Origin: Dehalococcoidia bacterium
GTDB lineage: Bacteria; Chloroflexota; Dehalococcoidia; Lucifugimonadales; VXLM01
Direction: 5' to 3'
NCBI GenBank assembly: GCA_963662435.1
Contig: OY759598.1
Coordinates: 2,512,507 to 2,576,506 of the forward strand
Length of the DNA stretch: 64,000 nt
In this document: piece by piece, positions 1-9,137 of the stretch
Numbering within the stretch: position 1 is the first letter of the stretch
Layout of the letters: each line of letters begins with the position of its first letter
Program-made: the position numbers and the translations under genes
The notes under the pieces: model-generated
Told to the model about the DNA's origin: nothing
Databases searched by the model: none
What the model saw: only the letters and a program-made list of their open reading frames with translations

Positions 1-1
1 A

Positions 2-64
2 AGGAGGAAGGACCTCTCGGAGGTGGCGCATTCCGAGCGGTTCGGGGACGCATACGGCGGCTAG
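2..64 (+). CDS. possible 3' end of a gene entering from the left
   Basis: Open frame RRKDLSEVAHSERFGDAYGG* ending at TAG 62-64, followed by intergenic repeats. Confidence 0.35.
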   Translation, partial: RRKDLSEVAHSERFGDAYGG

Positions 65-152
65 GCTCCCCCAAATCCGACACTCCCTCAGCGGAGGCTG
101 ACCGGGGGTATGTATTTGCCCATCGCTCCACTCCCCATTGACGAGTAAGCAA

Positions 153-347
153 CCCCGGCTCTGTCATTCTGAGCGAAGCGTAGCGGAGTCGAAGAATCTA
201 AGTTGGTCGTCCCAACGTAAAGCTGACATTGTAAAGTCTTACGCTTTTTTCGCTCTTGGTCACGATAGAAGCGTGGCACCGGCTATCCAGTCTTGCGGTC
301 TTGGACTTTAGATTCCTCGCTACGCTCGGAATGACAGAGAGACGGGG
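153..347. repeat. inverted pair of REP-like arms (MITE-like)
   Basis: ctctgtcattctgagcg...gaatcta (about 159-200) pairs with tagattcctcgctacgctcggaatgacagag (about 309-339). Confidence 0.7.
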
Positions 348-437
348 CGGAATCATAGCCACAATCCATTTTACATAAGCCTGTCAGCCCGGCGGAGGGG
401 AGACTGTGGGTCACTTTGGTGCCACCCGGCAAGGTCA

Positions 438-540
438 CCCTTCGACAAGCTCAGGGCGAACGGGGGGTTTGGTAGGTCAGGGCGAACGGGGGTTTGGTAG
501 GTCAGGGCGAACTGGGCGTAACGCTGCTCAGGGTGAACGG
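438..540 (+). repeat. REP-like CCCTTCGACAAGCTCAGGGCGAACG followed by a short tandem repeat
   Basis: Units 451-476 and 477-501 (tcagggcgaacgggg(g)gtttggtagg) plus partial copies at 502-512 and 526-540. Confidence 0.75.
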
Positions 541-589
541 GACCTCGCCGGTCGGGCGTAACGGGTGTCCTTTTCCGTACCCCCTTAAG

Positions 590-1522
590 TCAGTCCTCGA
601 GCTTTACGGGGTTTCGGAGGGTGCCGACGCCCTCCACTTCGGCCTCGATGATGTCGCCGACCTGGATCTCCTGGGTGGCTCCCGGACCGCCCGTGCAGAT
701 GATATCCCCCGCGCGCAGGGCGTGATAATCGGACACTTCGCTGAGCATTCGGGGGATGGTGAAGACGAGATTGCTCGTGTTCCCCGTCTGGACGACATTC
801 CCGTTGATGCGGAAGGTGAGATCAAGGTTGTAGCGGTCTTCAATCTGGTCTTTCGGGACTATCCACGGTCCGACGGGAGCGCTGGACTCGAAACACTTGT
901 AGCGCGGGCCCATGTCCTTGACGCCGCGTAGCGTCAGGTCGTTGAGGACGGTGTAGCCCCAGATGTGATCGTCTATATCGTCCTCGGCGATGCTCATGCC
1001 GTCCCTGCCGATGACGACGGTCAGCTCCGTGTCGTAGACGAGAGGCTTTGGGTGGTAGTTCTTCGGGTAGACCACGAACTCGTCGGGGCCGACCACAACG
1101 CCGCTCATCTTGAAGAAGATGCCGGGGCTGTCCGGCTGTTCCGCTCCAGCAAGCTCGGCGTGGCTGACGTAGGTATCTCCCATGCAGATGACCTTCGTGT
1201 CGGGCACGATGGGCGCCTTCAGGGTCACGTGGTTGCGGTCGAAATGAATCGCCTCGCCGGTCGGGCCCTCGTTAGCGCCGTTCTCGATCACCCAGTGCAG
1301 TCCCCGTCTGGCGGCAGACAGGGCAGCGTCGCCGGCCCGCAGGAAGTCCTGAAGGTCGGTCGGGACCAATTGGTTGGCGAGCCGGTAGGCGTCCTTGATG
1401 CCGTAGTCTTCCGAAAGCTGGGTTACGGCGCAGAGGTTCAGGTCGTAGAGCCGGTCGCCATTCATGCTCCCAACACGCTCGCCCGAGCTTCCCACGTAAT
1501 TTGACAGGTATATTTCTTGCAT
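590..1522 (-). CDS. fumarylacetoacetate (FAA) hydrolase family protein
   Basis: KVICMGDTY..H, PGIFFK, YDTELTVVIG, GYTVLNDLTLR, GDIICTG motifs; ATG at 1522 with upstream GGAG. Confidence 0.88.
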   Translation of the reverse strand: MQEIYLSNYVGSSGERVGSMNGDRLYDLNLCAVTQLSEDYGIKDAYRLANQLVPTDLQDFLRAGDAALSAARRGLHWVIENGANEGPTGEAIHFDRNHVTLKAPIVPDTKVICMGDTYVSHAELAGAEQPDSPGIFFKMSGVVVGPDEFVVYPKNYHPKPLVYDTELTVVIGRDGMSIAEDDIDDHIWGYTVLNDLTLRGVKDMGPRYKCFESSAPVGPWIVPKDQIEDRYNLDLTFRINGNVVQTGNTSNLVFTIPRMLSEVSDYHALRAGDIICTGGPGATQEIQVGDIIEAEVEGVGTLRNPVKLED

Positions 1523-1609
1523 CGTTAAACTCCAGGGGTTCAACTGGCACTTACTTCGCACCGTTCGCGCTCGGCGAAGGATACCGAGCACGAATTGCCC
1601 GGTCAACGT

Positions 1610-2449
1610 TCAAACGGGAAGGGCGACGACCTCGTCACCAACCCCGATGTCGAGACGGTGTGCCGCGCTTCCAAGGTTCTCCGCGATTTCGAGATAGCCG
1701 TGGCTGCCAATGAGGGCGAGCAGACCGTCGGCGTCTGCGAATGTTGCGCTCAGGCCGTGAATTCTCGTGTTGGCAATATCCACGACGATATCGCCTTGTG
1801 GCAGCTGAGAGGCTGGAATGTTTATGACCACATTACCGAAATGGTCGACATGAACGACTCTGCCCGTTACCGCGTCTCCCTGTCGCTCGATGGTGAAGAG
1901 GTTGAGGACTGTTATCTCGTGCAGGCGACCGCCCAGGCGTTCAGGGAGTATTCCGGACGCGAGGTGGGCGGCGGCAGGGGTGAAAATATCCCTGCCGTGA
2001 AACGTGTCGCTCACCGGTTCGAGACGATAGGCGGGGTTGGAGATTTCGAAGGCTTCGCATCCTTCGGGGACAGGTATCTTGACCGGCGTGCCGAACTCCG
2101 CTGACTCGAATGGGGCCTGGTCATCCGCGAGGTGGTCGTTAAGAACATAGGAGAGCAGGCCGTTGTCGGGGGCGCAGAACACCCCGGCTGGGGTCACAAG
2201 AGTTACGGCCTTCCTGCTGGTTCCCACTCCAGGATCGACGACCGCGACGTGAACGGTCTCGTCGGGGAAGTAGCGGTACACGCCGCCAAGAAAGAAAGCG
2301 CCGTGTCGGATGTCGTGACGTGGCACTTCGTGGGAAAGGTCGACCAGGGTCAGGTGGGGCGAGATCCCGAGCACGACGCCCTTCATTGCGGCGACGTAGG
2401 AGTCGGAGGAGCCGAAGTCCGTAGTGAAGGTGAGTACCCTGTGGGACAC
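1610..2449 (-). CDS. SAM hydrolase / chlorinase-fluorinase family (DUF62)
   Basis: TTDFG, VVDPGVGT, APDNGLL, SDTFHGRDIF, HVDHFGN motifs. Confidence 0.92.
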   Translation of the reverse strand: MSHRVLTFTTDFGSSDSYVAAMKGVVLGISPHLTLVDLSHEVPRHDIRHGAFFLGGVYRYFPDETVHVAVVDPGVGTSRKAVTLVTPAGVFCAPDNGLLSYVLNDHLADDQAPFESAEFGTPVKIPVPEGCEAFEISNPAYRLEPVSDTFHGRDIFTPAAAHLASGILPERLGGRLHEITVLNLFTIERQGDAVTGRVVHVDHFGNVVINIPASQLPQGDIVVDIANTRIHGLSATFADADGLLALIGSHGYLEIAENLGSAAHRLDIGVGDEVVALPV

Positions 2450-2464
2450 GGCGTGAGGAGGGTG

Positions 2465-2686
2465 CTAGAAGATGCGGGCCCTGATGATCGAGGTCACGAT
2501 AAAGATGACAACGAGGACGATGGTGAATTGGAAGAGCGTGCGTTCGATCCCTCGACGGGTGCGGAAGGAACTCTCCCCGCCACCGAACAGGCCAACGCCC
2601 TGACCTCGCACCTGCACGAGAATGACCGTCACCAGCACGATGCTGAGTGCGATCTGAACGAAACTCATCGCCGTCTCAAAGTCCAT
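2465..2686 (-). CDS. secG: preprotein translocase subunit SecG
   Basis: Two TM helices, ILVQ..G.G..LFGG, RTRRGIE. Confidence 0.9.
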   Translation of the reverse strand: MDFETAMSFVQIALSIVLVTVILVQVRGQGVGLFGGGESSFRTRRGIERTLFQFTIVLVVIFIVTSIIRARIF

Positions 2687-2720
2687 CTGTACCTCTACCC
2701 CGTCGGGTCAACCGTCCGCG

Positions 2721-4025
2721 CTACGCACCGGCGCGGGTCTTCATTTCAGCTTCAGGAACCCTTCTATGATACACCCCGAGGATGCAGTCCGCTAGCTTAC
2801 CCGCGTCGTGTCGAACGGGAAACGTCGCATCTATCAGGTCGGCTGTTACAATCCTGGCGTGCTCGACATCTCTACCGTCCTGCTCCACCAGGCGGCCCTT
2901 GAAGGGCGGGCCCAACTCGGCAATACCGCTGTTGGCGATGACGCAGTCCACGATCTCACTGCTCGTATGCTGTTGGAGGGCGGAAAGGTGATCGGCGACG
3001 GTGTACCCGATGGTCTCACCGCTTTCCGTAGCGACGTTGCAGACGTATAGCTTCCGGGCGCCTGAGTCCACCACCGCCTGCGCGATTCCATTCACAAGCA
3101 GGTTGGGAAGAATGCTGGTGTAGAGACTGCCGGGACCGATAACGACTATCTCCGCGTCGCGTATCGCGTCGATAGCGGCCGGTACAGCCATGGCATCCTG
3201 GGGGCGTACGTTCAGTTCCTTGATGAGGCCTCGATTGCCTTCGAAGTTCGACTCGCCGTCGATCACCTTGCCATCGAAGAGTTCAGCGGATAGACGCAGG
3301 CTTTCGTTTGTGGCCGGTATGACTCTGCCGTGCACTGCGAGCACGCGGCTGGACTCCTCTAAGGCGGCCTCGAAATTGCCGGTGACTTCGGTCATGGCGG
3401 CTATGAAGAGGTTGCCGAAGCTGTGGCCCTCCAGGCCCTCTCCACGGTCGAACCGGTACTGGAATAGGTCGCGGACAAGGGTCTCGTCGTCGGAGAGCGC
3501 TATGAGGCAGTTTCGAAAGTCGCCCGGTGGAAGGACTCCCAGGTTTTCCCGGAGCCGTCCCGAGCTTCCGCCGTCGTCACCCACCGTCACTATGGCGCTG
3601 ATGTTGTCGGTGTGTTCCTTGAGGCCGCGGAGCAGCACCGACATTCCGGTGCCTCCGCCGATTGTGACGATGCGGGGGCCCCGTGAGCGGTAGCGCCGGT
3701 TGTACAGCGTGTCGGCCAGGGAGTCGATACCGGACGTGGTCAGGACGAGGTGGCCGACCGAGCGGTACAGTCCGTATACGGATATGACCACCGCAGCAAC
3801 TCCCACGCTTGCAAAGAGCACACCCTCCAGGTACCACGGCAGGAAGTTGGGCAGGTAGATGTCAAAAACATTCTTGGAGACGAACGCGAGACCGATGGCG
3901 ATAATTCCGACTCCGGCAGACCAAAGGAATAACCACCGCTTAACGCCCAGGCCGGCGTAGGCGAACTTCAGGAAGGTCTCCCAACTGCCGCGACCGGTGC
4001 GACCTGACCCGTTGCTGGCCCTCAA
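2721..4025 (-). CDS. yvcK: YvcK/CofD-family gluconeogenesis factor with N-terminal TM region
   Basis: IGGGTG, DDGGSSG, PPGDFRN, GHSFGNL, GPGSLYTS; start overlaps gatB stop. Confidence 0.9.
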   Translation of the reverse strand: MRASNGSGRTGRGSWETFLKFAYAGLGVKRWLFLWSAGVGIIAIGLAFVSKNVFDIYLPNFLPWYLEGVLFASVGVAAVVISVYGLYRSVGHLVLTTSGIDSLADTLYNRRYRSRGPRIVTIGGGTGMSVLLRGLKEHTDNISAIVTVGDDGGSSGRLRENLGVLPPGDFRNCLIALSDDETLVRDLFQYRFDRGEGLEGHSFGNLFIAAMTEVTGNFEAALEESSRVLAVHGRVIPATNESLRLSAELFDGKVIDGESNFEGNRGLIKELNVRPQDAMAVPAAIDAIRDAEIVVIGPGSLYTSILPNLLVNGIAQAVVDSGARKLYVCNVATESGETIGYTVADHLSALQQHTSSEIVDCVIANSGIAELGPPFKGRLVEQDGRDVEHARIVTADLIDATFPVRHDAGKLADCILGVYHRRVPEAEMKTRAGA

Positions 4026-5509
4026 CTCGGCACCGCCTGCCGCATCTCGTCGAGCTTTTCCTTCACCAGCGACGACGCCATTCGCGGATTGGCCTTGCCG
4101 CGAGTCTCCTTCATCACCTGTCCAACGAGGAAGCCGATTGCCTTGTTCTTCCCCTCCATGTAGTCGGCGACCGCCTGGGGATTCCCGGCAATTGCGGCGT
4201 CCACAGCGGAGGCAACCTGGTCGACGTCGCTCACCTGCACGAGCCCGGCCTCTTCGGCAATCTCCGCAGGGCCGCGTCCCGTCTCATACATCTGGGCGAA
4301 GACGTCCTTTGCGAGATTGGAACTGAGCTTTCCCTCTTCGACCATGTCGATCAGATCGATCAACTGGGCGGGGCGTACTCGAACTTCGTCAATAGCGGTG
4401 TCGGTCTCCTTCATCAGCCTCGTGAGCTCGCCCAGCATCCAGTTGCTGGTGGACTTTGCCAACCTCGAGAGTGCATCGCCCTTGGCGGATCGTACGGCGA
4501 TGACCGAGTCGAAGTAGTCCGCCGTGGCCTTCTCCGCCGTCAGGAGCCCAGCGTCGTATGCCGAGAGGCCATATTGCTCCATAAGGCGGGCCATCCGAGC
4601 TCGTGGAAGCTCCGGCAGTTCGCCCTGCACACGGTCGACCCAGTCGCGGTCGATCACGAACGGCGGCAGGTCGGGTTCGGGGAAATAGCGGTAGTCGGAA
4701 GAGCCTTCCTTGACGCGCTGGGATACCGTGATGCTCTTTTCTTCGACCCAGCCGCGAGTCTCCTGGACAATCCTGTCGCCTCGGCGGGCGAGTCGGGTCT
4801 GGCGGTCGGCCTCGTACGTGAGAGCGCCAAAGACCGAACGGAAGCTGTTCATGTTCTTGACTTCGACCTTGGGGCCAAGCTCGGTCGCTCCGCTGGGACG
4901 CACGCTGATGTTGGCATCGCAGCGGAAGCTGCCCTCTTCCATGTTCGCCGTGCTCGCGCCAATGTAGCGGAGAATCGAGTGCAGCGTCGTGAGGTAGACG
5001 CGGGCCTCTTCGGCCGAGCGCATGTCGGGTTCGCTGACGGTCTCCATCAGGGGAACGCCCGCACGGTTTATGTCCAGCAGGCTGTAGCGCTCGCCGCCGT
5101 GCGAGTTGTGGTGCGACAGCTTGGCCACGTCCTCTTCGAGGTGGACGCGATTGATCCGAATCGTCCGCTCCTCGCCGTCCACGTCTACGGTCAACTTGCC
5201 TTCCTTGGCGATTGGCTGGTCGAACTGCGAAATCTGGTACCCCTTCATGAGGTCGGGATACGGGTAGTTTTTCCGGTCGAACTTCGTGAGCTCGGAAATG
5301 GTGCAGTCGAGGGACAGTCCTGTCGCAATGACGATCTCAACGGCCCGACGGTTGATGGTGGGCAGGACGCCGGGCATCCCCATGCAGACCTCGCAAACCA
5401 TGGTGTTGGGGGCAGCGTCCTGGTACGACGAGGCGCAGGCGCAGAACATCTTGCTCCGCGTCAGAAGCTGGCTGTGGACTTCCAGACCGATGACGACTTC
5501 GTAGTCCAT
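4022..5509 (-). CDS. gatB: Asp/Glu-tRNA amidotransferase subunit B
   Basis: VIGLEVH, FDRKNY.YPDL.KGYQISQ, HLEED, YRYFPEPDL, C-terminal YqeY-like domain. Confidence 0.97.
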   Translation of the reverse strand: MDYEVVIGLEVHSQLLTRSKMFCACASSYQDAAPNTMVCEVCMGMPGVLPTINRRAVEIVIATGLSLDCTISELTKFDRKNYPYPDLMKGYQISQFDQPIAKEGKLTVDVDGEERTIRINRVHLEEDVAKLSHHNSHGGERYSLLDINRAGVPLMETVSEPDMRSAEEARVYLTTLHSILRYIGASTANMEEGSFRCDANISVRPSGATELGPKVEVKNMNSFRSVFGALTYEADRQTRLARRGDRIVQETRGWVEEKSITVSQRVKEGSSDYRYFPEPDLPPFVIDRDWVDRVQGELPELPRARMARLMEQYGLSAYDAGLLTAEKATADYFDSVIAVRSAKGDALSRLAKSTSNWMLGELTRLMKETDTAIDEVRVRPAQLIDLIDMVEEGKLSSNLAKDVFAQMYETGRGPAEIAEEAGLVQVSDVDQVASAVDAAIAGNPQAVADYMEGKNKAIGFLVGQVMKETRGKANPRMASSLVKEKLDEMRQAVPS

Positions 5510-5650
5510 GCGATTTGGGGGTTACCTGCGTGGGGATGAGAGTAAATGTGCCTTGAGTATTGTAGTCCAGAGAGCGGTGAAAGAGAAACTTCGAGGTGGA
5601 AGTGTGGGTGTGGTGCGTCGGGGACTTTGCATCCCTGTGTTCGGAATATG

Positions 5651-5742
5651 TCACGAGGGTTGCGACCCTCACCACCTGAAATGAAAATGGAGGCTCGGCA
5701 TGACAGGGACAGAAGATGGATTCCTACATTCGCAGGAATGAC
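5651..5742. repeat. composite REP-like cluster (hairpin-ACCACC-ATGAAAATGG element plus GGATTCC...GGAATGAC element)
   Basis: gaggg-ttgcga-ccctc accacc..atgaaaatgg matches the element at 21652-21690; tggattcctacattcgcaggaatgac at 5717-5742. Confidence 0.6.
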
Positions 5743-5775
5743 AGTGTGGAGGTGGCGCTGCGGGCGATTCGCGAA

Positions 5776-7207
5776 CATCTGCTCCAACTAATTCACTTTC
5801 GGGGTATTTGCGGGACGTTTGAAGCATTTGCGGTTAGCGTATCTAGGGGTGCGTGTGAGCACAAGTTCAGGTGGTGCAGGCAGTATTGTCTCGTCGGGTA
5901 TGTTTGGGGTGTGAATGCGGGTTCTGCGGGAAGGTCGAATGAAGCCTAGATCACGCCCTCGCTCCACGAATATCTTCACGGGATCCCTGCCTTCATAGGC
6001 ATACTGTGGCGCATACTCAACCAACAGGCTGATGGACACCTCGAACGGGTCCACCCCGGCTCTGTGAGCTATCTCAAGCCTCAGCGACTGCAGGATTTGC
6101 GAGATAATCAACGTCGCCCATATCTGCTGGTAAATCACCACATGCTTGGAAGACCACAGAAGGCGCAGCTTCAGATGTTGCTTGATCAGCTTGAACGCCA
6201 TCTCGATGTCCCACCTGCGAGCGTAGACCTCGGCCATCGATGAGATCGGGAACGTATGTGGCTCAAGAACGTTGGTGATGTAGCGTCGCATGGTACTGCC
6301 CTGTCTGAAGGTCACCAGCCGAACGGCGTATTTGGCCCGATCAGCGCGGTAGGCTCCCAGCCACACAATGCCGTCAAACACCTCGCCCCTCTGATAGAAG
6401 GTGTGTACGACCTTGTAGCTGGTCTTTGCTCTCAATCTGCTCAGCCAATAGACATCCCTTTCTGTGAGCCAGTCAAACCAGGCGAAGCCGAAGTAACCAA
6501 GGTCTGCCAACACCAGTGTTCCGGCTGGCAGGTCTTGTGCCAACTCCCGTGCCGACACCTTCTCGTTCTGTTGGGGATTCGGATGAAGCTTGACGGTCCG
6601 CCACTGCTGTCGTCTCACGTCGAACACGCCTGCCAGCTTGCCAGGCAGCAGACGAGTGTCGCCTTTGGGGATTCTTCTCAGAGGAGGAAGCCTTCTCGAC
6701 ATGGCGTCCAGGGTACTTTCGTCTATGGAGACCACCTGCTTGGCGAACGGCGCCAGTTGCTCAGATGCCAAACCCTGTAATCGTTCTGTCAATACGCTGC
6801 TGATGTGCTTGAAGAGTCTCTCGAACGGCTCAGGTCCCGCGTCGTGGAGCCGTTTGTAGACCGCTTGGTCGGTAACGGGAAATCGGGGGAAGAACCACAG
6901 TCCGTGCTCGGAGATAAGACGCCATACGGCCAGTTGGCTTTCAAAGCCTCTCAAGACACAGACCAGCAGTCCGGCCCACAGAGCCATGGCAGGCAGAATG
7001 CGGGGCCTGCCAGGGCCCTTGTCGTTGTGATCTGGCTCCATGTCCTCCAAACACTGCTGGAGAAACTCCTCTATATTCCCGACCGTGTCTGGGTCGTCGT
7101 CGGTCTTGGTCGACATTACGAAGCTCCTCCTGGCGAGTAGTCATATCCTTTTACTACTCAGAGGAGTACTATCCAAAGGCAAAAACGGTAATTAGTTGGA
7201 GCAATTG
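5776..7207 (-). mobile_element. complete IS4-family insertion sequence
   Basis: 18-bp terminal IRs catctgctccaactaatt (5776-5793) and caattgctccaactaatt (reverse complement of 7190-7207), 16/18 match; 12-bp direct repeat gcgattcgcgaa at 5764-5775 and 7208-7219. Confidence 0.93.
5788..7116 (-). CDS. IS4-family DDE transposase
   Basis: SIDEST, LADLGY, and the YREK motif YARRWDIEMAFKLIKQ; stop codon lies inside the terminal IR. Confidence 0.93.
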   Translation of the reverse strand: MSTKTDDDPDTVGNIEEFLQQCLEDMEPDHNDKGPGRPRILPAMALWAGLLVCVLRGFESQLAVWRLISEHGLWFFPRFPVTDQAVYKRLHDAGPEPFERLFKHISSVLTERLQGLASEQLAPFAKQVVSIDESTLDAMSRRLPPLRRIPKGDTRLLPGKLAGVFDVRRQQWRTVKLHPNPQQNEKVSARELAQDLPAGTLVLADLGYFGFAWFDWLTERDVYWLSRLRAKTSYKVVHTFYQRGEVFDGIVWLGAYRADRAKYAVRLVTFRQGSTMRRYITNVLEPHTFPISSMAEVYARRWDIEMAFKLIKQHLKLRLLWSSKHVVIYQQIWATLIISQILQSLRLEIAHRAGVDPFEVSISLLVEYAPQYAYEGRDPVKIFVERGRDLGFIRPSRRTRIHTPNIPDETILPAPPELVLTRTPRYANRKCFKRPANTPKVN

Positions 7208-7546
7208 GCGATTCGCGAATCGCCCCTACGGGAGGTTCTTTTCTGAGGAATGACCGGTGTTCGTAGTCCTTCTCGATCCGTCAATCGCATAGGTGGGATG
7301 ATGCAAGCCCGGGGTATCCCGGAGGATGGATTCCGGCCTTCGCAGGAATGTCAAAGGGCGTCGCCCTGCTGAGGACCGGGTCAGCAGTGAAATGGATGGC
7401 GGACATGTGCAAACCGTTCACCCTGGCGTGGGGTGCAAGGAGGGCTACTTAGCTGTCGAAGAGCAGCAATTGCTACAGGGTTAGAGGGGATCACGACAAA
7501 CGGTGTCCAAATTGGCCCGAAAATAACCCTCAAACCCCGATTGCGT

Positions 7547-7595
7547 TACTCAATATCAGTATGATATTGAGTAGGTTGACTAGAGTCGGTACAAT
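7547..7595 (+). promoter_or_regulatory. sigma70-type promoter with overlapping perfect palindrome (putative operator)
   Basis: TTGAGT(7567-7572)-17nt-TACAAT(7590-7595); inverted repeat TACTCAATATCA-gta-TGATATTGAGTA at 7547-7573. Confidence 0.65.
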
Positions 7596-7671
7596 CTTTG
7601 TCCAAATTTGTTGGCGAAAGCGCGGTTGGCGAACATCGCTCGAAGAGCATCCTTCAGGAGGCGCATACACG

Positions 7672-9078
7672 ATGGCTGATCGACAAGAAGTCGCATTGAT
7701 GGCCCACCTCATGCGGCGGGCCGGTTTCGGGGCCACTCACGATGAGTTGGAGCACCTCGTCGAGCAGGGGTATGAGGCAACAGTGGAGAAGCTCCTTTCC
7801 CCCGAGACGGAGCCCGACATCGACGAGGCCCTGCTTTTCCGCTACCTTCCGATGACCGAGTACATTACCGCAGCCGAGCACGCGCAGATGAACTGGCTGT
7901 ACCGCATGGTGAATTCGCCGCGCTCGCTTCAAGAGAAGGTCTCGCTGTTCTGGCACCACGTCTTCGCCACCGGGCTGGACAAGGTCGAGACGGCGAACAC
8001 GATGCACGACCAGATCGTGATGTTCCGCCAGCACGGACTCGGCAACTTCCGCGACCTGCTGGTGAATCTCGCCCGCGACCCGGGGATGATCTACTGGCTG
8101 GACAACCAGGACAACCACAAGCGCGCACCGAACGAGAACTGGGGACGCGAGCTGCTGGAACTGTTCTCGCTCGGCGTGGGGTACTACACGGAGAAGGACG
8201 TGTATGAGTGCGCCCGCGCGTTCACCGGGTGGACCTTTACCGGCAAGTCCCGGGGTCTCGCATACCCGCCGGAGTCGTGGCGGTTCGACTACCGTGCGGA
8301 GGACCACGACGAGAACGAGAAGACGTTCATGGGATTCAACGGCAACTTCAACGGCGAGGACATCATCGACATAGTTGTCCGCCAGCCGGCGTGCGCGCGG
8401 TTCATCATGCGCCACCTGTACAGCTTCTTCGTCGAGGACGAGCCGGAGGTGCCCAAGTGGCCGAACGAGCGGCCCAAGAACCCAGAGGCCCTTGACATGC
8501 TCTGCGAGGTATTCATCAATTCGGACCTGGAAATGAAGCCCGTCCTCAGGGTGCTTTTCAACTCCGACTTCTTCAAGGACGCCCAGTACAAGAAGGTGAA
8601 GAACCCTGCCGAGATCGTGGCCGGGACGCTCAAGATGACCGAGTCGTACAACGGCCCCAACCCCAATTGGGGACTGTTGGCGCTCGAGCCGGGGACGATG
8701 GGGCAGGACCTGTTGAATCCACCAACGGTCGAGGGGTGGCACACGGGCGGCGAGTGGATCAACAGCGGAGCGCTCATCAACCGGGTCAACTTCGTTGCCG
8801 AACGGCTTCGAGACACCTCCTCGCCTGGCGTTCGCGCCATGGCCAGGCGCGTCGGCGACAACGGCGGGACCATGGCTACCGGCACATTCGTCGACCGCTG
8901 TCTCTTTGAAATGGGACTCGACTCGGTCGACGACGAGACGTATGGGCAGTTGGTGTCGCAGGTGGAGAACGGCGGTCCGATTGTCTATGGAGAAAACGGC
9001 GAATTCGATGGGTTCTCGGAGAGAGTGGCGGACATGCTCGCGCTCATTGCGGGTACCAAGGAGTACCAATTCGGTTGA
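7672..9078 (+). CDS. DUF1800 family protein
   Basis: AHLMRRAGFG, LQEKVSLFWHHVFAT, GNFRDLL, WLDN, PNENWGRELLELFSLG, PPTVEGW; RBS aggagg. Confidence 0.9.
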   Translation: MADRQEVALMAHLMRRAGFGATHDELEHLVEQGYEATVEKLLSPETEPDIDEALLFRYLPMTEYITAAEHAQMNWLYRMVNSPRSLQEKVSLFWHHVFATGLDKVETANTMHDQIVMFRQHGLGNFRDLLVNLARDPGMIYWLDNQDNHKRAPNENWGRELLELFSLGVGYYTEKDVYECARAFTGWTFTGKSRGLAYPPESWRFDYRAEDHDENEKTFMGFNGNFNGEDIIDIVVRQPACARFIMRHLYSFFVEDEPEVPKWPNERPKNPEALDMLCEVFINSDLEMKPVLRVLFNSDFFKDAQYKKVKNPAEIVAGTLKMTESYNGPNPNWGLLALEPGTMGQDLLNPPTVEGWHTGGEWINSGALINRVNFVAERLRDTSSPGVRAMARRVGDNGGTMATGTFVDRCLFEMGLDSVDDETYGQLVSQVENGGPIVYGENGEFDGFSERVADMLALIAGTKEYQFG

Positions 9079-9137
9079 CGGCCCCAGGGAAACCTCACGC
9101 TAATCAGCACAGGCTGAACGAAAGGAAAAGGTGTGTG

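Noticed and set aside
451..540. Possible CRISPR array
   Set aside because: Units are contiguous with no unique spacers, and there are no cas genes in the window.
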